From an uncultured Pseudomonadota bacterium (GTDB taxonomy: Bacteria; Myxococcota_A; Polyangia; Fen-1088): a DNA stretch of 64,000 nucleotides. The translations under genes were made by a program, and so were the position numbers. Of this stretch, positions 36,160 through 45,047 are shown in pieces. How positions within the stretch are numbered: position 1 is the stretch's first letter; every line of letters begins with the position of its first letter. Where the stretch lies: assembly GCA_963723305.1 (NCBI GenBank), contig CAVRRT010000042.1:2911-66910 (forward strand), written 5' to 3'. The notes beneath the pieces were generated by a model. That model was not told the origin of the DNA. It saw only the letters and a list, made by a program, of their open reading frames with translations, and made no database searches.

Positions 36160-37911
36160 TCAATCGAACGGGTCGTGCCAGGGAGGGCGGGGTATCGTCG
36201 GCCCTTGCTCGGGATTCGCGGAGTTCGTGGGAACCGCCTTCCGCTGGGCGACGGATATTGCCCGCTTGCCCGCGTTCGCTTTGGCCAGACGGCGGGTAGT
36301 GGCCTGGCGGCGGAGATTGGTCGCTCGCGTAGCGAAGACATTATGGGCGCGCACCGCAGCTCGCCTAACTGGAGGGATTGGAGGAGACCCATCGTGCGCG
36401 GCTGCATCGTCCCGAAGCGGCGATGCAGGCAGATCCCGAGTGGGAGCAGCTAGAGTCACCGGAGCCGGTCGACTGGTGGCGGAGCTGGGGTTGGCCGGTT
36501 CCATTTGTTGGAATGGGGGAGGCGTGGCCACGGTCTTCTCAGCTGGGGAGGGCTCAGAGGGTGGTATCGGGATGACGATCATCGGCGCCTTGGTGGCGTT
36601 CGTCGGCAGGACCCCGGCCATCGACATCGGTACTGGTCGCGTAAACAGGAATCGGCCTGCGATGAGGAGAAGTGCCAGCAATATGATGCTTCCGCCTGTC
36701 CAGAGGCGTGAAGGCCACGGCCGCTCGTTCGGTGGGACGGATTTCGCTAGGGACGATTTTTCATTGTCGAGCGGCTCGCTCTCGGGGCCGGCCAGGTACG
36801 GAATCGCGGGCACCGAACTGCCTTGGAGTGCCACGGTCGGCCCAGCGGTGTGGGAATCAGCGCTGGTCGCGAGAGAAAAGGATGCCGTGATCATGCGCGG
36901 GCGCTTGCCCGCTACGTTCAGGCCGGCGCCGGCAGCGGCCTTCCAACCGGCGTGATCGGCCGCGAACAGACTCTTCATTTGCGAGGCCAGTTGGATCAGG
37001 TTGAAGCCATCGCTGCGGAACGCGTGCTGTTGCAGGAGCAGCGCCATCTCGCGAGCGTCTTGGAACCGGTCCTCTGGCTCTCTCTCAAGCGCACGCATGA
37101 CGATGTTTTCCAGCCGCGGAGGGACTGACGCGGCGTTTGGAATCCGCGGAATCGGCTCGTCGAAGATCGCGCGCATCGTCTCGAGCTCCGTGCGGCGACG
37201 AAAAAGCCGTCGACCAGAGAGCGCCTCCCACAACACGACGCCGAGGGCGAAGATGTCGGAACGCCGGTCCGCGCTGTCACCCGAGGCCTGCTCGGGCGAC
37301 ATGTATTCGATCTTGCCCTTGAGGCCTCCGGGGATTGTCTCGGTGATCCTCCCGAGCGCGCTGGCAACGCCGAAATCGATGACTTTGACCGCTCCGTCGA
37401 ACGACAGGAGGATGTTTTGCGGCGAGATGTCGCGGTGGACGATGTTGAGAGGCGCCCCCGCCGCATCGGTCAGGGCGTGGGCGTAACCCAGACCGTTCGC
37501 CGCTTGCCCAACGATGAAGGCCGCTTGCGCGTGCCCGAGCGGCCTCTTAGCCCCCACCGCCCTGCGTAGAACGGCGGACAGTGGCTTGCCCTGCACAGGC
37601 TCCATCGCGAGGAAGTAGTCGTCGCCGTCTCGGCCGACCTCGAAAATCCGCACGATGTTCGGGTGGTCGAGCTGCGCCCCGATACGCGCCTCATCAAGGA
37701 ACATCCGGACGAACTGCTCTTGCGAGGACAGGTGGGGCAAGATCCGCTTGACCACAACGAGGGACCGAAGCGCGGGTAGCTCGCCTGACAGCGCAAGATA
37801 CGCTTCGGCCATTCCGCCGTTCGCCAGCCTGCCGATGAGGTGATAGCGGCCGATACGGGTCGGCGCGAGCCGGCTGGGCGACTTTCCGGTTGAATAATAG
37901 GTAAGTTGCAA
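36160..37911 (-). CDS. Ser/Thr protein kinase with TM segment and Pro-rich C-terminal region
   Basis: GGMAEAY Gly-loop, VVVKRI, HRDISPQNILL, DFGVA and YMSPEQ. TM SIILLALLLIAGRFLF. TTG start. Confidence 0.85.
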   Translation of the reverse strand: MQLTYYSTGKSPSRLAPTRIGRYHLIGRLANGGMAEAYLALSGELPALRSLVVVKRILPHLSSQEQFVRMFLDEARIGAQLDHPNIVRIFEVGRDGDDYFLAMEPVQGKPLSAVLRRAVGAKRPLGHAQAAFIVGQAANGLGYAHALTDAAGAPLNIVHRDISPQNILLSFDGAVKVIDFGVASALGRITETIPGGLKGKIEYMSPEQASGDSADRRSDIFALGVVLWEALSGRRLFRRRTELETMRAIFDEPIPRIPNAASVPPRLENIVMRALEREPEDRFQDAREMALLLQQHAFRSDGFNLIQLASQMKSLFAADHAGWKAAAGAGLNVAGKRPRMITASFSLATSADSHTAGPTVALQGSSVPAIPYLAGPESEPLDNEKSSLAKSVPPNERPWPSRLWTGGSIILLALLLIAGRFLFTRPVPMSMAGVLPTNATKAPMIVIPIPPSEPSPAEKTVATPPPFQQMEPANPSSATSRPAPVTLAAPTRDLPASPLRDDAAAHDGSPPIPPVRRAAVRAHNVFATRATNLRRQATTRRLAKANAGKRAISVAQRKAVPTNSANPEQGPTIPRPPWHDPFD

Positions 37912-38314
37912 CGCTGTTTATAGTATATCATATGTAAGAAGATAGCTCAGCAGGTCGGGAAATCGCCTCCTGTCTTCTCGGAGGCGCGCGATTAGGTATG
38001 CGGCAGCCAGGCGAGCCGGCAGACCAGCGACGCGAAGACCAGCACCGGTGTGCCGATGGGGCGCTCCGCCAGGGCGTAGACGAGCGGGGGGACCGGACCC
38101 GCCCCCCTCGCAGGTGACCGATTGCTCGAGTTCGCCCGTGCACTGATTGTGCACGTCGTGCTCAGTGCCGTGCCCGCGATGAGCACAGGACACTGGGTGT
38201 GCCTGTCGCGCGCGCGGATCTGCGGCAGCGTCGAGGTTGGCCCGGCTGTTGCTTTAAGAGAATCCGTTCGAGACGTACCGAAGACAAACAACCGAACGGA
38301 AAAGGACAGCCACC

Positions 38315-38740
38315 ATGACCTCCACCAAGCGCCTCTCGCCCTTCACCACCAAGTTCGCCGGCTTCGTCGCGCTGGCGCTCGCCACCTTCGGCGGGACCGG
38401 GATCGCCTCGGCCAAGAGCGCGAACAGCGAGCGCGGCGTCGTCGAGGCGCGGGGGCCTGTCGCCAAGGTCGTGGCTGCCGGGCCGATCGACCTGCACGCC
38501 TACTCGCAGTTCGGCGGCGGCTCGCTCTACACCGCACCGGCCGTCACGGGCACCGACCGCGATTGCCAGGGGTCGTCGGCCAGCACGACACCCGTGCAGG
38601 CGGATCGCGTCGCCACTTTCGCGGTGGGCGAGGGGCAGGTCGCCTGCCTCGAGACGACGACGAAGGGGTCGTTCGAGTTGCTCTGGCACGCGGTCAGCCA
38701 GCCGGCGCCGGTGATGGTCATGGCGAAGGCGGGACGCTGA
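38315..38740 (+). CDS. small secreted hypothetical protein
   Basis: Signal FAGFVALALATFGGTGIASA. Balanced composition. Two Cys. Confidence 0.65.
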   Translation: MTSTKRLSPFTTKFAGFVALALATFGGTGIASAKSANSERGVVEARGPVAKVVAAGPIDLHAYSQFGGGSLYTAPAVTGTDRDCQGSSASTTPVQADRVATFAVGEGQVACLETTTKGSFELLWHAVSQPAPVMVMAKAGR

Positions 38741-38874
38741 ATGCGGCTGCGGGTCAACGACAACGTCCCCCTGAGCGGTTAGGCGCGCGCAGCGCGAGCC
38801 GCGTCGGTAGGCGACTTCGTTGACGCCGCCGATACTCTAGGCCAGCCTCGTCGCAAGATGGAACAGGCGTCGAG

Positions 38875-39870
38875 ATGAGCGAGCACGCGCGCCGGTGGAT
38901 GATCATTACGCTGGGGGCCTCGATGGCCTGCGTCGGCGCGTGCGGGGGCTCAACAAAGCTGTCGGGTGCCGGCGGGAGCGCAGCGGGCGGTGGCGGTTCG
39001 GGCGGAAAAGGTATCGGCGGCGCTGGGGTGAGCGCCGGTGGTGCCGGCGGTTCGTCTTCGGGTACCGGCGGTGCTGGGGGTACGAGTGGCGCCGACGGCG
39101 GGTTTACCGGCGCCTGCCCGACTGGACCGGGATACGGCGGCGCACCGGCACCCACCCAGTTCGCCTCCGCCAGCGGAACGATCGTCGATCTTACGAGCGC
39201 GCCCGTGCCCAACGTGTTCGTCCAAGTTTCGGGTCTCGATCTCGCCTTGTCCTCCGCGACCTCCGCGTCGGGAAGCTTCACGGTTTCGCTTGATCATACG
39301 CTGACGAAGCCCATGTTGGAGTTCGGCGATTCGGTGGCATGGGCGGAGCTGGCCGTGCCGGTGACGATGGCGACGACTGCGTTCGGCAACCTGACGACCG
39401 CCGCTCTGCCCGCCGCTGGCGCGCCTTTCGTACCGGGCGGCGCCGCCGTGTCGGCAGGCGTCACGTTGTCGCTGCCCACCGGGGCGACCGCGACGATCGA
39501 TACGCTGAGCTACAGCACGCCCGAACAACAACTTTTCCGCATCGTCCAGATCCCGGTTGAAAAGGAAACGGCCGTTCCGGGTATCGCGCGGTACGCATTC
39601 GTTCTGTTGTTCGGCGCCACACCCCTCGAGACCCAGTTCTGTCCGGCGGCGACGATCACTGTGCCCAACAACGCGACGCCGCCGTTGCCCGCCAACAGCG
39701 CGGTCGAGTTTTGGGGCCTCGGTCTCGACGTAGGGCAAGTTTGGGCGCCGTTCGGTGACTGGGCCAAGCTCAGCGACGGACAGGTCAGCGCCGACGGAGC
39801 CACGATCGCTACGGCGCCAACCCAGGGGTTCGCCATCCTGGAGACCTTCGCCGTGCGAAGTAAGATGTGA
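38875..39870 (+). CDS. lipoprotein with Gly-rich linker, unknown beta-rich domain
   Basis: MACVGAC lipobox and GAGGSAAGGGGSGGKGIGGAGVSAGGAGGSSSGTGGAGGTSG linker. Confidence 0.7.
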   Translation: MSEHARRWMIITLGASMACVGACGGSTKLSGAGGSAAGGGGSGGKGIGGAGVSAGGAGGSSSGTGGAGGTSGADGGFTGACPTGPGYGGAPAPTQFASASGTIVDLTSAPVPNVFVQVSGLDLALSSATSASGSFTVSLDHTLTKPMLEFGDSVAWAELAVPVTMATTAFGNLTTAALPAAGAPFVPGGAAVSAGVTLSLPTGATATIDTLSYSTPEQQLFRIVQIPVEKETAVPGIARYAFVLLFGATPLETQFCPAATITVPNNATPPLPANSAVEFWGLGLDVGQVWAPFGDWAKLSDGQVSADGATIATAPTQGFAILETFAVRSKM

Positions 39871-40063
39871 CGCCGCCGCTCGGCAGAAATGCATGACGAT
39901 GACGCCGACGGTCGGTTGTGCCGGACGTGCTTCCCATGATTGCACCAATCGGCGGCTATACTCCCCTTAGTAGGCGATGCCTCTACCACGTCACGCGAAG
40001 GCTGAATCCGCGTATCCCGGGCGGGAGTGGTCCGTCTACGAAAGGATCCGGCTAGGATCGCTG

Positions 40064-41890
40064 ATGTCTATCGTCGCACTGTGCGCCCTCGGCGGCTGCG
40101 CTACCCGGAGCGGAGCTGGCAATACGGCGCCGACCGGCTCGGGAGGGGCCATCGGGCAAGGTGGATCCGGCACTGGTGGCGGCAGCTCGGGCGGTGCCGG
40201 TGGGACCGGCTCCCCAGGCGGGTCGACTGGAGCCACGCCTGACTCCGGAGTGAGTTGCTCCTCCAACTGCAATGGGAAGACGTGCGGCGACGACGGTTGC
40301 GGGCACACCTGCGGCGGGTGCCCGCCCTCCCAACTCTGCGGGCCGTCGCAGACCTGCGTCGCCTCCTCGAGCACGACGAGCGTAGTCGTGGACGCGAATT
40401 CCCAGGGAACACCCATCTCGTCGGGGATATATGGCGTAGCGCTCGCCAACGACGACTCGATGAAGCTCGCCGCGCTCAACCGCTGGGGCGGTGACGCCAC
40501 GAGCTCGTACAACTGGAAAATCGACGTCTCAAACGCGGGTGACGACTGGAATTGCGCCAACTACAAGGGTCGATTCACCTCTCCCACTCCCGACCCCTCG
40601 CTGACGACGAGCTCGGATCAGTTCGTCCAATACAACATCGCTCAGCATGCCGACACGCTCATGACGATTCCCATCTCCGGGTGGGTCGCGAGCATGGCGA
40701 CGCCGAACCCGGGGACACCGGACTGTGCCGGCGGCACCTCCATCTCGACCTGTTGCCAGACGCTGGGTGCGTCGGAAGAACAGGTGGTCGACGAGGGCTC
40801 GGGCGTGCTCGACACGTCGTTCATGGGTTCCTGGGTCACGCACATGGTGTCGACGTTCGGATCGGCCGCGAATGGCGGCGTGAGGTACTACCAGCTCGAC
40901 AACGAGCCTGACAATTGGCAGGCCCTCCGTACGGATATCTACCCTTCACTCTATCCGCCGGGCACGTGGTGCGAGCCTTTCTACACGACGAACGCCGGCA
41001 TCGGGACAAGCCTCAACCAGGACTTCATCAACCGCACCTTGGCATATTCGAAGGCCATCAAAGCAGCCGACCCCACCGCCTCTGTGCTCTTCATGTCCAC
41101 CGAGAATGCCCAAGACCTCGTCGCGCTGCCCAACGTCGAGTGCGGTAGCCCCGCGGGGCCGTATACCGTCAGCAACTCGCTGACCATGGCCATCCTGAAG
41201 CTGGCCGCCGCGCAGGAGGCCTCGACGCACGTGCGGCTGCTCGACTGCGTCGACATGCACTACCCATTACCCGGCAAGGGTCTGGGGGATACTTCGGCTC
41301 TCTGGGACTCGACGACCACCTCGGTCGCTCCGGATGTCCAGGGCTGGATCAACTCGACCTACCCTGGGACAGGCATCTGCGTCAGCGAGTACACCGTCCC
41401 GAACGACGGTGGCAACGGCAGCACGCCGGACCCCACAACCGGAACCCAGGAAGCCGATGTCCTCGGGATGTACGGACGGCTCGGTTATCAGGTCGCCTCG
41501 TACTGGACGACGCTCGTGCACGGATCGACCCATCTGCCCATCTACAACGCGATGGCCATCTATCGGAACTACGACGGCAACGGCGCAGGCTTCGGCGCGT
41601 TCTCGATCGGCGCGGCCAGCCCCAATGCGGGTGTCAACGTGTACGCCGCGTCAGACTCGCCGACCGCCCCGACCAAGGTCTGGATCATGCTCGTGAACGT
41701 GAGCGGCGCCGCGCAGTCCGGCCTCTCCATCACGCTGAAAAACTTCGCACCGGCAGGTTCTGCGCAGGTCTACCGAATGGTCGGCGGCGGTGCCCCGGCA
41801 CCGGACACGGCCGTCGCGTTCACGAACGGAGCTGTCACAGGGTTCTCCCTGGCCGCTAACTCCGTGGCACTCCTTGTCATGTCCAAGTAA
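40064..41890 (+). CDS. glycoside hydrolase family 44-like lipoprotein with Gly-rich linker and small Cys-knot module
   Basis: LCALGGC lipobox. CSSNCNGKTCGDDGCGHTCGGCPPSQLCGPSQTC module. GH44-like ISSGIYGVAL...LNRWGGDATSSYNWK...NAGDDW and YYQLDNEPDNW. Confidence 0.8.
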   Translation: MSIVALCALGGCATRSGAGNTAPTGSGGAIGQGGSGTGGGSSGGAGGTGSPGGSTGATPDSGVSCSSNCNGKTCGDDGCGHTCGGCPPSQLCGPSQTCVASSSTTSVVVDANSQGTPISSGIYGVALANDDSMKLAALNRWGGDATSSYNWKIDVSNAGDDWNCANYKGRFTSPTPDPSLTTSSDQFVQYNIAQHADTLMTIPISGWVASMATPNPGTPDCAGGTSISTCCQTLGASEEQVVDEGSGVLDTSFMGSWVTHMVSTFGSAANGGVRYYQLDNEPDNWQALRTDIYPSLYPPGTWCEPFYTTNAGIGTSLNQDFINRTLAYSKAIKAADPTASVLFMSTENAQDLVALPNVECGSPAGPYTVSNSLTMAILKLAAAQEASTHVRLLDCVDMHYPLPGKGLGDTSALWDSTTTSVAPDVQGWINSTYPGTGICVSEYTVPNDGGNGSTPDPTTGTQEADVLGMYGRLGYQVASYWTTLVHGSTHLPIYNAMAIYRNYDGNGAGFGAFSIGAASPNAGVNVYAASDSPTAPTKVWIMLVNVSGAAQSGLSITLKNFAPAGSAQVYRMVGGGAPAPDTAVAFTNGAVTGFSLAANSVALLVMSK

Positions 41891-41983
41891 GCACGCACCC
41901 GGTGGCAGGATGGCCTCGTCACGAAGACGAATTGAGATGGGCCCCCTGCTTTTTCGAGGGATCGAGGAACGGTTTCCGTTCCG

Positions 41984-42133
41984 AGTGTGGAAGGTGGCGG
42001 TCGGGACGGTGAAGAGGTCGATGGATGCCAGGGTGCGCAGATGATTGTCGAGGGAGGTGCGCCCGGTCTGGGAGGTGGCCCGAAGCTCGGGACCTCCCAT
42101 TGCTTTCTTTAGCCGCGTCTCTGGATTCTCCCG
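41984..42133 (-). mobile_element. remnant of a second integrase/transposase family (family 2), internal fragment
   Basis: SQTGRTSLDNHLRTLASIDLFTVPTATF resembles the ...SQTWRTFLxNH...AxDFFxVPTxTF... segment of rve-type transposases. No start and no catalytic core. Confidence 0.55.
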
Positions 42134-42145
42134 CATCGTGAACCC

Positions 42146-43471
42146 ATGCTGGCAATCGTCTTCCTGAGCAGCGCGGGCGTGGCACTGTGTGTCCTGCGGC
42201 GCTTGCAGTTCGATCGGCGCACCATCGCGATCGTCCTCGCGGGCGTAGCGCTGTATACGGACTACCTTACGTACACCTCGGTGTCGGAGCGTAACTACGA
42301 CGGACTGTCGCATGTGTACTACATCCATGCGATCGCGCAGCACCTACGCCTGCCGGTCATGTCCGCGTGTCTCGCCTGCGGGCACCCGCCGCTCTACTAC
42401 GCGCTGGGAGCGGCGTGGTCCAGGAGCCTGCTCGCCGGCGGATGGATGCCGTTCGAGCTCGCGCTCCAGTGGCTCTCGTTGCTCCTGTTCGTCGGCTTCG
42501 TGGTCTTGGCTCTTTTGGTCATCCGGAGCTTCGGGGTTGCTCCCGCCACCCAGTGGTTGGCGGCGGCGCTGGTGGTCTTCTGGCCGTCCAGTGTTCTCAA
42601 TTCGGTGCGCGTTCACAACGACGCGCTCGCCTCGCCGCTGATTCTCGCGGCGATCTACTTCACCGCTCGGTGGGATAGTGAGCGACACCCCCGCGACTTC
42701 TGGCAGGCACTGGTCGCATCGGCGCTGGCGATCCTGACCAAGGCCTCCGGTTATGTCGCGGGGGCGACCTTGATCCTGTTCGCGCTGGTGCACCTCCGCA
42801 CGACGAAGGTGGCCCGAAGCGACGTCACGCGGATCGCGATCGCGCTCGTGGTCCTCGGTGCGGTCGCCGTCCTGGCCGTCTTCTCGCGCCTGGAGCAGAG
42901 CCCGCACACGCTGTGCCAAGAGGTCCTGGGACATTCCTGCGACCGACGCTACGTGCCGCCCGTGGCCGACACGCCGAGTCGCTTCATCTTCTTCGATCTG
43001 CCGGACTTCATCCGCCGCATGGACGCAACGCCCAACTACCCCAAGCCGGACTATTTCTGGAATCGGTTCGCGAAATCGAGCCTGTTCGGCGTTTTGCCAC
43101 TGGGGCCAGAATTCCAAGCGGCGCGCTCCACGGCTCTGGCGGTGGCGATCAAGTTACTCCTGCTCGCCATGGTGACCGTGTGCCTGTGTGGCGTGATCTT
43201 TCTGCGGCGCGTGCCATGGCGAAAATATCGCGTGTACGCCTCTGCGGTCGTCACCATGCTCATCTTCCTCGTGGCGTTCCGCGTCCGGGTGCCCAACGAG
43301 TTTCACGAAGACTTTCGCCACGTGTTCCCTGTCCTGGTGCCCTTTTGCCTCGCTTATGCCCTCGTCGTCGATCGGGCACGTCGTGTCTCCGGTGCGCTCT
43401 ACTGGACCGGCGTCGGCATCGCCCTGTTGATGATTGGCTCGTCCGTGGCGTTCTTCGCCCGCGCAGCCTGA
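42146..43471 (+). CDS. polytopic membrane protein, GT-C-type (ArnT/PMT-like) glycosyltransferase candidate
   Basis: At least 10 hydrophobic helices, an N-terminal loop (SERNYDGLSHVYYIHAI) and the general GT-C layout. No soluble domain. Confidence 0.6.
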   Translation: MLAIVFLSSAGVALCVLRRLQFDRRTIAIVLAGVALYTDYLTYTSVSERNYDGLSHVYYIHAIAQHLRLPVMSACLACGHPPLYYALGAAWSRSLLAGGWMPFELALQWLSLLLFVGFVVLALLVIRSFGVAPATQWLAAALVVFWPSSVLNSVRVHNDALASPLILAAIYFTARWDSERHPRDFWQALVASALAILTKASGYVAGATLILFALVHLRTTKVARSDVTRIAIALVVLGAVAVLAVFSRLEQSPHTLCQEVLGHSCDRRYVPPVADTPSRFIFFDLPDFIRRMDATPNYPKPDYFWNRFAKSSLFGVLPLGPEFQAARSTALAVAIKLLLLAMVTVCLCGVIFLRRVPWRKYRVYASAVVTMLIFLVAFRVRVPNEFHEDFRHVFPVLVPFCLAYALVVDRARRVSGALYWTGVGIALLMIGSSVAFFARAA

Positions 43472-43725
43472 ACACCGCCGGAGGAGGCCGATCCGACCCA
43501 CGCCGCGCGGGATGGTGCGGTCCCGCGATAGATGGCGGACGCGAGAGGCGAAGGTTCGCTTTGCTCGGCAAGAAGCTAGGTCGGAAAGCTCTCGGCGAGG
43601 CAGCCAGCCGCACCCGCGTCATGTGCTGAAAATGAGCCGACAGATCCGGCGTGGAATCGCGAGGTTGTGCGTCGATCCGGTAGGCCTGACGGCGATGGCG
43701 CGTGCGCGTACTTGGGACGCCGGCC

Positions 43726-43800
43726 ATGAGGGAATCGTCGCTCAACCCGGATACGATCCTCCGATGGTACCGGGAGATGTGGCGCCGCTTGGTCGACGTC
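43726..43800 (+). mobile_element. short integrase remnant (PDTILRWYR motif)
   Basis: [26 protein letters not shown]. The PDT(I/L)LRW(Y/H)R HTH-linker motif also occurs at 23058-23090. Fragment only. Confidence 0.4.
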
Positions 43801-43801
43801 G

Positions 43802-44440
43802 CTAGATGTAGAGGAGAAGCCCAAACTGAAGGCCGAAATCGGTGAACTTCTGGTCGGTGCTGGCACCGCCGACGGAGGCGGTCCCGGAGAGGCCGATATC
43901 GAGCGTGGGTCCAATCAGGAACGCGGCTCGGGGAACGACTAGAATCGCGAAGGGCGCCTCGAGTGTGAGCGCAAACAACGATTGCGTGCCCGAAGTCCCG
44001 CCTCCGTTGTCAGTGTTGACGTACTCGTACGTGATTCCGCCGCGCGGCCAAATCGCGAGCTTCGGAGTGACGTTGGCAGCATAGCCGACACGCGGCGCCA
44101 GCTGGAACCCGCTGATCGAGCCGGTGGTCGGCGAAACGTTAAAGTAGGACGCGGCGAACCCCATGCTGACGGATTGCGAGACGAAAAAGTCGAAGCCAAT
44201 CCGCGGCCAGGTGTAGCCCGTCCCGATCAGGGCGGTCGGGGCACTCAGGAGATTGAGCGTGTTGGCCGAAGCGCTCGCTCCATTCTCGCTCTCTTCGGTG
44301 TGAACGAAACCGAACAGCCGCTCGGCCGAGATCGCGACATGCCCCGACTGTCCGAACGACAACTCCTCGTCCTGCGCCCAGACACGCCGGGACGACAACG
44401 CCACCACCAACAGGAGCGACCGCATCAGCGCTCGTTTCAT
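43802..44440 (-). CDS. small outer-membrane beta-barrel protein
   Basis: Signal MKRALMRSLLLVVALSSRRVWA/QD. Alternating strands and C-terminal GLQFGLLLYI. Confidence 0.7.
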   Translation of the reverse strand: MKRALMRSLLLVVALSSRRVWAQDEELSFGQSGHVAISAERLFGFVHTEESENGASASANTLNLLSAPTALIGTGYTWPRIGFDFFVSQSVSMGFAASYFNVSPTTGSISGFQLAPRVGYAANVTPKLAIWPRGGITYEYVNTDNGGGTSGTQSLFALTLEAPFAILVVPRAAFLIGPTLDIGLSGTASVGGASTDQKFTDFGLQFGLLLYI

Positions 44441-44729
44441 CGTTGTTGAGCTCCAGGTTCCCGGAATGGGAGCGACCACGGTAAGCGAGGAAGGAGAGGC
44501 GGTCAAAGCTTCCGAGCACGATGGTCGAGACGAAGCGACGCGATCGTTCCGGTGCGACGAAGTTCTGGTGCAAACGTCTCGGTCTTGTCTCTAGGCCTCC
44601 TCCTCGGGACAGCGAAGGAGCTGCGGTTGCGCAGGGAAGAGTGAAGGCGGCGCGCGTAAGGACGAGCGTCAGCGGCCCGCGCGCGAACGACGCCAGCCGG
44701 CTCCCTCGCGCTCCAGAACGCGAACAGTG

Positions 44730-44768
44730 GCCGACCGGATGTCGGCAACCGGTTGCGTCGAGCCGACA
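44730..44768. promoter_or_regulatory. three-arm element able to form mutually exclusive hairpins
   Basis: GCCGAC (44730-44735), GTCGGC (44741-44746) and GCCGAC (44762-44767), with palindrome CAACCGGTTG (44746-44755) in the second loop. About 280 nt upstream of the OmpA-adhesin operon. Confidence 0.3.
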
Positions 44769-45047
44769 TGACGCTTTGCCGATGACAGTCCTTCCGTTAG
44801 CCGCGCCCGGCCTCGGGTTTTCGGGCCTTCGGCCCCGCTGCCGGGAAGGCAGAGTGAAGACGCGCCGATCATCGTCGATTGAAGTTCGGACTCCTGAGAG
44901 CCGATAGAGCTTGTTGAGGAGCCGGGCCAGGTCGGGAGCCGATTTCGTCCGGAGATCCCGATTTCGCGCAGCAGCTCTCACTCACGACACCAGACGCACG
45001 GCCGGACGCTTACGACTCTAGTCGCGCTGGGCGCCGCTGGTCTGGCC

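Noticed and set aside
38122-38823. 233-aa plus-strand ORF and minus-strand ORFs across 38162-38763
   Set aside because: They are Arg/Gly-rich alternative frames overlapping the better 141-aa secreted-protein ORF (38315-38740), which has a clear signal peptide.
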